Assembly: GCA_951406725.2 (NCBI GenBank)
Contig: OX597827.1
Coordinates: 66,898,001 to 66,962,000, forward strand
Length of the DNA: 64,000 nt
Direction: 5' to 3'
Origin: Octopus vulgaris
Taxonomy: Eukaryota
The translations under genes were made by a program, and so were the position numbers. Of the stretch, positions 1 to 11,286 are shown piece by piece. The notes under the pieces were generated by a model, which had not been told where the DNA came from, did not search any database, and worked only from the letters and a program-made list of their open reading frames with translations. Position 1 is the first letter of the stretch. Each line of letters opens with the position of its first letter.

Positions 1-965
1 TTGGTTGGGCAGTGGATTACAGTGGATTGGGGCATTTGCTTTTTTGGGGAAAAATATCCATGTATGAGTGATATTCAGAAATATCTGTAAGATGTTTTCA
101 TAGATTTATCTAAATATATCTAAATAATATATATCTAAATAATAAATAACTGAATATATACCTTCAGTCAATCATTATCAAAATATAAGCTACACATACA
201 CACGCACGCACAGAGACACACACATACGCATACACACACATACACACACATACATATACATTCATGCATACACATATTCAGATAGGTAGATAAATAGATA
301 GATATTAAACATATATACATACATATACAAGGATACATACATACATATATATATATATATACACTCACATACATATGTATGTGTATGTGTGCGTGTGTAT
401 GTGTGTGTGTATGTATGTATGTATGTATATATGTATGTATACCATCTTTTTAGTAATACAAGCTGACAGTATATATGTAAATTTTCTATCCTCCACCAAA
501 TTATCTGATAACTATTTCTAGACTGTTGCTTTTATCGACAATTTATTGTCTGTTTTATATCTTTCTAGAAGATATTTTATTTCTTGTATATTAAATGAGA
601 CATGATATTTTCAAAGATGGCTATCATATCCGTTTATATAATGAAAAAAAGTTGCTACTTCATAGCGTGTGTATATTTTACTGTGCGACTTTTCTATGTC
701 ATTTAACTGGACCCCGAAGCGACACCAAGAAAGAAGAGAGTGTGAAACTGGGAGAATACAACCGTAGTCAGTTTTATTGATGAGCAATATTTGTGTGAAA
801 TTTTCTTTAAAGATCTTTATTAATTATTTGTAATAAAATAAGTTACGTTCCATTTTAGAGCTCTGTACTTCGGTAGTAATCAAAAGGGGCGTGAAGATGA
901 ACCCGTTTTGTAACAGTAACAATAAATTTAGAGTTATTGTCTCGGTTTTATGTGAATTCATTAAG

Positions 966-1287
966 GGCGAAGCTAAGGATTATGTACAGTGTACATTGTA
1001 CGCCACCTGTTTCGGCGTAACAAAACCCTTAAACCTAATCCTAACCCTAATGCCTAAACCTTACCCTAACATTGCATAAACGGCGGAGGTAAAGAATACG
1101 TACACCAGCCGTTTTCGACGAAACAAAATCTCCTAGCTTAACCTAACACTTAACCCTAACCCTTACCCTAAACACTGACATAACCCTAAACTCAAACTGT
1201 AACCCTAAACTTTAACCCAAACCCCAAACCCTAATCCTAAAACCCTAAACCTAACCCTAAACACCGGGTGTATTCTTAACATTCGCC
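966..1287. repeat. Interstitial telomere-like (CCCTAA/TAACCC) degenerate repeats inside a small element with imperfect terminal inverted repeats
   Basis: Many cctaaccctaa/accctaaa variants at about 1025-1070 and 1140-1260. The ends GGCGAAGCTAAGGAT (966) and TATTCTTAACATTCGCC (1271-1287) are imperfect reverse complements. Two related sub-units start at about 966 and 1082. Confidence 0.55.
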
Positions 1288-1358
1288 TACATTAAATTTA
1301 AGATGTATGTATATAAATTCATATATACATACGTCATACATATATACACATCTAGATA

Positions 1359-1417
<59 letters not shown>

Positions 1418-2461
1418 TAGTGTATGTATATTTGCATGTATGTATATATGTATGCATGTATGCTTGCGTGTATGGATTAATGTATATGTAAATATGGATA
1501 TAAATATCATGCATATATATATATATTTACTGGGTTAGTGAGTTGATTCTTTTTTATGATAGCTACTTTAGAGACACCAAATAATTCAATTAAAAAATTT
1601 ACAATGCCCAAGGGCTGGTTTTTGCTCTTCTGAAAATCTACGCATGTATCTATGAGTGAATATGTGTTTGTGTGTGTGTAAGTACAAATGATAAAGAGAT
1701 TAATAGAGAAATGTTATTGCCTCCAGGTCAAATTCCTTCTTTCAACGCATGACTGAGCATGATCTTGGCTTGACTAATAGCGGTTAAAGGCACACACGAA
1801 CACATACACACACTAAGAAAGGAACGCGCACGCACACACATATTTCCGCTTCTAAACTTATTTCAGTGAAGCTTTGAAAGCAAGTAAATAAGGAAAACTT
1901 CTCAATTTAGTTTTAATTATAAAACTAAATCTCTCAACAGCTAAAAACATTCTTTTCCAGCGTTAGAATTGCACATATGTTGAAATGTTTCATAAAATTG
2001 AACCTCTTTCCTTTCTTATTTTTTTCAAATTCGTCATCCTGTTAAACACGTGGAATTGTAGGGCAAAATTGGTAAATTAGTCAAAATCAATAAATTCTGA
2101 TTGCTTGATATTTTCTCCTATTTTGTACCATCCCATTATCTTTGGGAGTAGAATTTGGTCAGTATACGTTACACAGTTGTTGAAGTTGAAAGTTCGAAGC
2201 AGGTATTATTTCCAAGAAATATTTTCCTCAAATGTGTCCCGATTGTAATTGAGATAGCTAATAATATATCTGGATAATTTTTGGTGAAGAAGCTATAAAG
2301 AGTATTTTGTGTTGAGATTTTAGATTTAGTAAATAGCATGGTAAATCACAAGAAAACAAATACTGAATACGAGGTAAGTCTACATTAATTCACATATTTG
2401 TTTTCTTGTGATTTACTTTATATTTACTTTGTATTGTTTTGGCCTTACCCACGATCTTTTA

Positions 2462-2465
<4 letters not shown>

Positions 2466-2548
<83 letters not shown>
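2466..2548. repeat. (TA)n microsatellite (one of dozens in the window)
   Basis: Pure TA dinucleotide run. Confidence 0.95.
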
Positions 2549-2552
<4 letters not shown>

Positions 2553-2695
2553 CAGGGCTTCACTGCTAGGAAGACGGCCGTATGCTAGAAACAGATCAAA
2601 CTACAAAGGGAATTCTCAAGAGTAAAAATTCAGCGAACACCAGAACCAAATTTGGCGAGCAGGACAGATGAAAATTTATATAAAAAACAGAATTA

Positions 2696-2771
2696 AATGC
2701 ATACCTCGGTTTCGGCCTTTAACAAAAGAATTACTTACATAATTCAAATGTCCGTGCTTCATTAGTGCATT
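2696..2771 (-). ncRNA. Type I hammerhead ribozyme-like motif (core G5 mutated)
   Basis: Minus strand reads AATGCA-CTAATGA-A-long stem II region containing a GAATTA/TAATTC hairpin-GAAA-CC-GA-GG-TA-TGCATT. It has a 6-bp stem I and a GUA cleavage triplet. Confidence 0.55.
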
Positions 2772-3047
2772 CGTTCATTGTAAATGTAAACTGAAAAACT
2801 AACCCCAGCTTTCTGTGCCAAGACAGACACGTGCTTAGTTTTACCGATTACATCAGGGATAAAATTTCAAATGTCTTGGTTCTGGCGCGCTAAGAAATTC
2901 CTGAAGCGAAGGGCTGCAGTAAATAATTCACTGCGGTTAGTGCTTACTACTAGAGAACGTATTTATTTCAATATTTAAATATATATATATATATATATAT
3001 ATAAATATAGTCAAAAATTGTGAAGCATGACTGTCACCACTACTACA

Positions 3048-3092
3048 TGAACCCGAAGATTGCAGAATTCAATGCATGAAAGTACTAGTTCA
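3048..3092 (+). ncRNA. Minimal type I hammerhead ribozyme (Penelope-type)
   Basis: TGAAC-CCGAAGA-T-TGCA-GAATTCAA-TGCA-T-GAAA-GTAC-TA-GTTCA. It has a 5-bp stem I, a 4-bp stem II and a 1-bp helix III capped by a palindromic GUAC tetraloop. It lies in a module of about 3009-3225 flanked by (TA)n. Confidence 0.7.
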
Positions 3093-3249
3093 ATCAGAAT
3101 GAACATTTAACATTCTACTATTTCATTTTATTTTATTCAATTATAATATATTATCTTATAATATATCATTATAAGATTGTAAATAAAACGTGAAAATCAG
3201 ACAAGGCTGGAATTCCTTTATTTTTATATATATATATACATATATATGT

Positions 3250-3438
3250 AAATCCCAAAAGAACAAACCAAAAAAACAACAACGCACGGACGTGGTACGT
3301 GTAATGTATTAGCACACGCTCAGCAAAGAAAAGAATGATAGTTTAACGATTCGAGTAAACTCTCTTCTTCGGAGACAGAGGAAACTCCAATAGAAGGGAC
3401 GGATGAAAAAAATCGTCAACGATTCACGTGTGTTAGCA

Positions 3439-3440
<2 letters not shown>
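3250..3440 (-). mobile_element. Hammerhead-bearing ~200-bp module, family A (diverged copy)
   Basis: The reverse complement aligns by eye with the 8955-9541 units. Decayed core GTCT-CCGAAGA-A-GAG..CTC-GAATCGTT-AAAC at 3341-3376. Flanked by (TA)n. Confidence 0.6.
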
Positions 3441-3518
<78 letters not shown>

Positions 3519-3554
3519 GTGTGTGTGTGTGAGAGAGAGAGAGATGTGTATGTA

Positions 3555-3730
3555 TCGTTGGCGATTTTCCTTCTCCGGTTTCCCTTCTTTCGATCTTCTC
3601 TGTATTTCTGATGAAGAGCTCCGCTCGAAACGTGAAATCCTCTTTCTTTTCTTTCCTTTCCTGAGCATCAATACTTATTCCACGTTCTCGCGTTGTTGTC
3701 TTTTCTTGCTTGCTCATGTTTGGATTGACT
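3555..3730 (+). mobile_element. Hammerhead-bearing ~200-bp module, family A
   Basis: Homologous to the 8955-9541 units. Motif ATTT-CTGATGA-A-GAGC-TCC-GCTC-GAA-ACGT-G-AAAT at 3604-3638. Confidence 0.7.
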
Positions 3731-3732
3731 AT

Positions 3733-4133
3733 ACTCTTTACTCTTTTACTTGTTTCAGTCATTTGACTACGGCCATGCTGGAGCACCACCTTTAGTCGAG
3801 CAAATCGACCCCGGGACTTATTCTTTTTTTGTAAGCCCAGTACTTATTCTATCGGTCTCTTTTGCCGAACCGCTAAGTGACGGGGACGTAAACACACCAG
3901 CATCGGTGGTCAAGCAATGCTAGGGGGACAAACACAAACACACACACACACATACATATATATATATACATATATACGACAGGCTTCTTTCAGTTTCCGT
4001 CTACCAAATCCACTCACAAGGTATTGGTCGGCCCGGGGCTATAACAGAAGACACTTGCCCAAGATGCCACGCAGTGGGACTGAACCCGGAACCATGTGGT
4101 TGGTTAGCAAGCTACTTACCACACAGCCACTCC
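3733..4133 (-). mobile_element. tRNA-derived SINE, family S1
   Basis: Near-identical to the copies at 30549-30970 and 39859-40270. It has an A/B-box-like head (TGGCTGTGTGG ... GGTTCAGTCCC), an internal (TA)/(TG) tract and a (GTAAAAGA)n tail. Confidence 0.9.
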
Positions 4134-4812
4134 TATATATATAAATATACGTACACACATTTATATATTTTGAAGGAAATACGTTTGCATCCTAGTAGCA
4201 TGAGATTACAACGACATACCTGATAACCAGAAGAGGTAGTTGCAACCAAAATGTAGATTATGTCATATTTCTGTGGGAGATATCAAACATATATTTAGCA
4301 GCTTCACAGTAATCTCATCAAGATCATACCTCCCTGTACGACATAAAATTGTCGCTAAAACAATATACAAAGCCATTAGACAAAACAAAAAAAAGAAAGA
4401 TATCATGGAATAAACTTAACATAGGAAATATTGCTAGGACATTCCCATAGAAACTCACGTCAAGGAAAATCATAAGAAATGTGATATTTTGGTCTCGGGC
4501 GGATAAGAAGTGTGTACTATCAGAGAGCTAAACTACCATGTTGTTGTGAATATATCTTCGAGAATCGAAGAGAAAGAGGATAACTATAAAAGAATTACTT
4601 CGAAACCTCCAGATTCTATATCCATATAATAAATTCACATTTCTACCAGTAATAATTGGTGCGATTCGTTTTTGTGTGTAATTGCCTGTGTGAAAAGCTG
4701 TATAAGCTAGGCTTTTCAGAAAATAATCAAGCATCTAATCCACACAGGGTCTGTAAACAGAACATTAAAAACATGCAAGATTTTTCTATAGTTTAAAACG
4801 TGAATATATTTT

Positions 4813-5010
4813 TGTTATTTACATTCTGATGCTGGGTATATGTTTCTTTGTTAGTGTTTTGTGGACGCCCCCAACCGATGAAGTAGGCTAGCCCAATACG
4901 TAGTTATAGAGGGAAAAGCCTAGACGTCGACACTAGAACAGAGTAGCAGTCGGACAGCAGAGTTGTAGAGGCATCCGACGAACGTGCGACATAACAGTGA
5001 CGACGAGGAT
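4813..5010 (+). mobile_element. Probable LTR-retrotransposon 5' LTR plus tRNA-Ser-type primer-binding site (Ty3/Gypsy-like), truncated
   Basis: The putative LTR ends ...ATAACA (4996) and is followed by g-TGACGACGAGGAT (4998-5010), a 1-mismatch match to TGGCGACGAGGAT, the complement of a tRNA-Ser 3' end. A possible start is TGTTAT at 4813 (uncertain). Confidence 0.45.
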
Positions 5011-5127
5011 TTCGTAGCTCACACAGCCACTGTGTAGTATTGCGATATAACTGTTAGAAACCAGTATCTGACAGAAAAACTGCAGAGAAAGACTTCAGTA
5101 TCTTAGAGAAACAGAAGAGAACATATA

Positions 5128-5342
5128 TACATACACACATACATACATGCATACATACATACATACATGCATACATACATACATACATACATACATACAT
5201 ACATACATACATACATACATGCATACATACGTACATACATACATACATACATACATACATACATACATACATGCATACATGCATACATACATACATACAT
5301 ACATACATACATACATACATACATACATACATACATACATAC
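5128..5342. repeat. (TACA)n microsatellite
   Basis: Long ATAC tetranucleotide run with few variants. Confidence 0.95.
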
Positions 5343-5404
5343 ACGCATGTATGCACATATTTCGAAACATTTCTTTAAGACGGAGCTACAATGAATTTTT
5401 CACA

Positions 5405-5796
5405 TCTCTCTATATATAAAGCTGAAGTTGTCTGTGTATGGCAGGTTTGATAGCCTTCAACTAACACTATCTCCTCCGTGACCCTGCGGAGCAAGTTGAC
5501 CAAAATTGAGAGTATGATAGAAGAAAGGTTGCTCCTGCTTCCGTAGAACAAAAAGTTCAAATCGGACCATGTTAACCCCAAAAATTATTTACGTCAAAAA
5601 GGTGATTTTTTCAATGAAAATCCCTATTTTTTATGATTTTTTTTACTGCTGTGTCGTCATTTTCCGGTGTATTTCAACCAGAAAAAGGTTTACTTAAAGA
5701 GAATAACAAGCTACATAATGCAAATTTTTACTTTTCAAAATGTCTAATTCGAAAGGGTCGAAACGAACCCGAGCAACGCCAGGGCGATACTGCTAG
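5405..5796 (+). mobile_element. Non-autonomous Helitron
   Basis: Starts TC after A and ends CTAG before T. GC-rich subterminal hairpin CCCGAGCAACGCCAGGG. The 3' end is shared with 10224-10617. Confidence 0.7.
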
Positions 5797-7043
5797 TTAC
5801 AGATAAAGCAAGATTGCTGACAACGTGTGTCAGCAACAATACAGCAGCTGCTTTAGTGTTTCACTAAAGTTAGATTCTCACGGAGAAAGTAGGCCGTCAT
5901 TTGTACAGAAGAACAACACCTATAAATATATTGATTTTGTCGAAATTTAATTTTATTGGTTAATTAGATTGATGTGATGTAATCGACTGCAAGGTTGGAT
6001 AAATGTCGGCTATTTAATCTGTAAGTAGTTGTGTTTATGAATTTGTAATATGGTGATTGGTTACGAATTATTGACAAACCGCAAACTATTGTTGCTGTTG
6101 ATGCAGTAGTTGATTAGTAGGTGTGGTTTTAATATAATAAATATAAAAAAAGATACGAGTCATCTGTTTTCTTCTGCCTTTCTTTATGTGTTCGATTTTT
6201 ATTTAATGTGGTGCTACATTTTCTGTCTGTTACAATTGATTTTCAAATAATTGAAAAATATGTTAGAAATGTGTGTTTACATGAACTTATTGAATTTCGC
6301 TAGTGTTTCATGGCTGCGAATTTATTATATAACATATTTTATTAGACATGTTTTGTTTTAATTTTGATTAATTATTCAATGGAAAATTTTTTTTTTATAA
6401 CTGGTTTTCTCTAGGCTCGTCTGGATGGCTTTATTGAATCAAGCTAGTATTAATTATATGTTTATAGTGTATAATTTTACTTTTACACTTATAATACTTG
6501 TTACAATAACGATTCTCATTTATCTATCATTATCTGTAATATCTGTTTGGGTAAATTTCATTATCAAAGTGTTTTCAATCTAATTTGACTTTTTGAAGAG
6601 CATCAGTAAGAAAACCTCTGAAGAAGTCCGATTTTAAAACAAACTATATTGATACCCAAATATGAAAATAATTAGATTCGTCGAGTAACGATCAATTTTC
6701 ATTAAGTCCATTTAGATAAAAGATATATGCCGACTAGATGCCTTTCAATTAATGAAAATGTCAATTTACACATATAAATAACAAAACTCTCCTTTATTCA
6801 ACAAACGAGCCGAGCATAATGGTGCTTAAAATATCTCAATCACCATTTCACTACTGATTGCCATCCACTTACAATACAACGAGCGTTGCTTAATTCCGTT
6901 CAAGAATTCGACAAATAAATATAATACCTGATACCACCCTGAAAGAACGTGTTCATTAGTAACAAATAGGTTTTGCTTCTGTCTCTCTGCCCACGTCTCT
7001 CTCTCTCTCTTTCTCTTTCTCTCTCTCTCTTCGGGTAAATATA

Positions 7044-7250
7044 CGAAGGGTGCTGAAAAGTTTCTTGTTTTAGGTAACTGAAGTTACAGGAGCATCATTT
7101 AATCATGATTTTATTCAACATAATGCCCTCTCAAATTTACATACTTATAGCAGTCCTTCAGGTTTTCTAAGACCTGTAAAAGATCTCGGAAAGTTGGACC
7201 TCCAAGCGGGCCTTTCGCAATACCCTTAAAGAACTTTTCAGCACCCCTCG
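7044..7250. mobile_element. Mariner-derived MITE
   Basis: TIRs CGAAGGGTGCTGAAAAGTT / AACTTTTCAGCACCCCTCG, with TA on the left flank. Confidence 0.75.
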
Positions 7251-7255
7251 TGTGT

Positions 7256-7336
<81 letters not shown>

Positions 7337-7497
7337 CTATAGCAATTAGAGAAGAACCACCATGTAGCAATTCAACAATGATATAACAATGATATAATTA
7401 AATCTTTCCATATAGGAAAACATTAAATATGCGATAAAACATATACCAATAATTAAGTAAATTACAAAATAATTAATAAATAGTATATAATTGGTGA

Positions 7498-7604
<107 letters not shown>

Positions 7605-8856
7605 TATATATATATGAAATCACGTTGTAAATACAGGCTTCGCTTTGCCACACTCGGAAAAGCTCTTCTTGTTCTTACCGGAAACTTTTGCATTGAGATT
7701 TTTCCTAACCACGAAGCAATGGTTACCGAACTGTCAAGCACAAGTTTCCAACGTTGCGGCACACGGTTGAAAATTTACATTTGTACAAAGGAAATATCAA
7801 ACTCCAGTTATATAGAGACAAATATTAAGCAAACAGAAAGGAAACAAACAAGGACACTATAGTCCTTTATCGGCTGTATTTTATGTTGTGATTTCTAGAT
7901 GCCTGTGTATTACATAACGTCTCTCAAATACCATTGCAAGTTGTTTGTTTTCTTCACTGTGTGTACATATCAGCAAATTTATGCCCGACAGACACCAAAT
8001 ATTCGTGGGAAAAAAAACATTTTTTCAACCTCTAGACACTCGGAGAAGAGACCTCTCGATACTAATCAGGAATCATAAGAACTGAAGCATCGGTTTCTAC
8101 AACAAAATGAAGATTTTATCTTAGAGCATACCATATTTTAACGATCAAAACGATGTTCCGCACTTCTTGAAAAAATTTTTAAATGTTGCTTGAAAAATTG
8201 TAACTTTTAAAAGAGCTTAATAATCTCCAGTGACTGTGTAAATAACAAGAGCGATATTTTTCAATCAGGTCGCATTTTACAAAATATATCTTAATGGAAA
8301 TGAAGGACAAACCGGTAGACACATCATAAGTTGTTCCAGTGTTGGTTCATAAAATTTTGATATTCGTAAAAGACTGGTTCCATTAACTGTGAATTTCATT
8401 TTGTTCCCTGTATTTCTCTGTCATTCTCTAATCGCGAGTGCACATTCAAACTTCGATTGCATCGGAGGAACTTACTGCACTTTCTAGTTCTTTTAATCAG
8501 CTTAATAAATGACAAAATGAACTAATACTTCCGTTAAGAAAACTTTGGTAGCTACATTTCACAAGGATTATTATGTGTGTAGTTTCCTCTTTTATATAAC
8601 GACTTTACACTCTTAACTGACTGGATGCGCTACAAATTTTCGAAAATAATACCATACCGTATGCATGTGTATCTTGTATCTATCTGTCGTTCTATCTAGC
8701 TGTCTATCTATTTATTTACTCATTACTTTATCTCTCTATCTCACACTCTCTCTTTCTCTCTCTCTGTCTGAGTCTGAATGTCTGTCTCTGTCTCTGTCTC
8801 TCTCTGTCTCTCTCTCTTTCTCTCTCTCTCTTTCTCTCTCTCTGCCTCTCTCTCTT

Positions 8857-8951
<95 letters not shown>

Positions 8952-8954
8952 AAT

Positions 8955-9541
8955 GTGACCGCCTGTGTACCGTTGGCGATTTTTTTCCATTGTCTTCACT
9001 TCTCTGGATCTTTCCTTCTCCTATGTTTCCGACGAAGAGCTCCGCTCGAAACGTTAAACCCTCCTTCTTTCCTTCTTTCCAGAGCGTCCAATAGTACTAT
9101 ATTTGTTACACGTCCTCGCGTTGTTGTGTTTTTTTTGTGCTTTCTTGTTTGGATTGTGACCGCGTGTGTACCGTTGGCGATTTTTTTCCATTGTCTTCCC
9201 TTCTCAGGATCTTTCCTTCTCCTATGTTTCCGACGAAGACCTCCGCTCGAAACGTTAAACCCTCCTTCTTTCCTTCTTTCCTGAGCGTCCAATAATACTA
9301 TATTTGTTCCACGTCTCGCGTTGTTGTGTTTTTTGTGCTTTCTTGTTTGGATTGTGACCTCGTGTGTACCGTTGGCGATTTTTCCTCTGTCTTCCTTCTC
9401 AGGATCTTTCCTTCTCCTATGTTTCCGACGAAGACCTCCGCTCGGAACCTTAAACACTCCTTCTTTCCTGAGCGTCCAATAATACTATATTTGTTCCACG
9501 TCCTCGCGTTGTTGTGTTTTTTGTGCTTTCTTGTTTGGATT
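8955..9541 (+). repeat. Head-to-tail trimer of a ~200-bp hammerhead-containing unit (retrozyme / Penelope pLTR-like), family A
   Basis: Units are 8955-9155, 9156-9353 and 9354-9541, each with a hammerhead-like motif (9025-9059, 9226-9260, 9421-9455). Flanked on both sides by (TA)n. Confidence 0.85.
9025..9059 (+). ncRNA. Minimal type I hammerhead ribozyme-like motif (best-preserved family A copy)
   Basis: GTTT-CCGACGA-A-GAGC-TCC-GCTC-GAA-ACGT-T-AAAC. Stem I is GTTT/AAAC, stem II is GAGC/GCTC, helix III is palindromic ACGU, and the triplet is GUU. Confidence 0.65.
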
Positions 9542-10099
9542 AAATATATATATATATATATATAAATGTATATGTATATATGTATGTGTGTATGTTTGTA
9601 TATATATCTATATATATATATATATATACATATTTATACATATATACATATTTATATATATGTGTGTGTGTGTGTGTATATGTATATATGTATACAGAGG
9701 GTGAGAGAGAGAGGGGAGAGAGATAGCTCTAAGAGAGATGACTGCGTGAGACAGATGGCCGTAAGTCAATTTCGAGCTATGTACTTGCTTGATCTTCGAT
9801 TAGTGCAGATTTGGCTTCCCAGTGCTGCTTGCAAGTTACACTCTTTTACATACATATAGTGCCGTTGGGCACCTCTTGCTAAAAGATTGTGAAACAGATT
9901 AGCAACCACGATCACAAAACCTTCAATTCAACAGAGAATTTTTCATTTAAGGTTTTGTCTCACTCGGCTACGATCATTCAATTCATGCAACCTGCACAGT
10001 ACAGATGAAATTTCGCGTTCGAAACTTGTCACGTCTATAAATATAGCACCACACTAGTGTCGAGATTGATCCCCCTCTTTTTCCGTCCTCCTCTCTCTC

Positions 10100-10168
<69 letters not shown>

Positions 10169-10173
10169 CTCTC

Positions 10174-10206
<33 letters not shown>

Positions 10207-10223
10207 ATATATATATATATATA

Positions 10224-10617
10224 CTAACAGTATCGCCCGGCGTTGCTCGGGTTTGTAAGGGAAATAAGAATATATTAAGCATTTTAGAGAGTTATAGCCA
10301 AAAAATAGCAAAAAAAATGCATTAAAAATGGAAAAATAATGATGGTAATTTAAAAATCGTTAACTCATCGTAGACATTTTTAAAGAGTTAGTTCTCTTAT
10401 ATAATAGCGAAAAAGTGCATTAAAATGGAAAAAATGATGGTAATTTTATTTTAAATCGCAGACTCATTGTAGACGCGCGCTAATACCCAGAAGGGCTCGA
10501 TATAAATCACGACTATAAGATACCCGGTTTTGGTTAAACTGCACCGCAAAATGTGGGAGTAGTTATGAATCTAAATCGTAGGAGACAGACACACAACTTC
10601 TCTTTTATACATAAAGA
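10224..10617 (-). mobile_element. Non-autonomous Helitron
   Basis: The minus strand begins TCTTTATG after A and ends CCCGAGCAACGCCGGGCGATACTG-TTAG (CTAG variant) before T. Inserted in (TA)n. Confidence 0.7.
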
Positions 10618-10839
10618 TATATATATATACCCATCTCTCTATCTAGCTATCTGTGTATCTATCTGTAGAGTTATCTATCTATCCAAATACATTTCTGTCA
10701 GTGGCATCTGCTGTGGTGAAGCCTAAAGTCTGAAGGGCACCGTCAAGCCTGGAAGTGTGAAACTTCATGTCTCCCAAATGCTAATGTACAAAGCATGTAT
10801 TGAAATATGCACACATATATACATACATACATACATACA

Positions 10840-10892
<53 letters not shown>

Positions 10893-11100
10893 TGTACAGT
10901 TACGTTATTGATGAAAACTAGAGAAGAGTACGCCATCTGGCTAGAGACAAGTATCAATTAATAGACACAAGATTTAAATTTAGGCTATTAATGTATTATT
11001 CCCGCTCGTATAGTATGTATGCTGAGTATTATCGGGCAATCATTCAAGCTCTAACTAAACACGAATTGTTCCTGAGCAAAAGCAAGAAAGAACGAAAATG

Positions 11101-11286
<186 letters not shown>

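Noticed and set aside
2070-2340. Possible Penelope RT remnant on the minus strand
   Set aside because: Only vague resemblance. No convincing motif in any single frame.
8778-9457. Repetitive 153-168 aa ORFs over the 200-bp array; also considered a CRISPR-like array
   Set aside because: They are by-products of a tandem non-coding repeat. There are no unique spacers or cas genes, and the context is eukaryotic.
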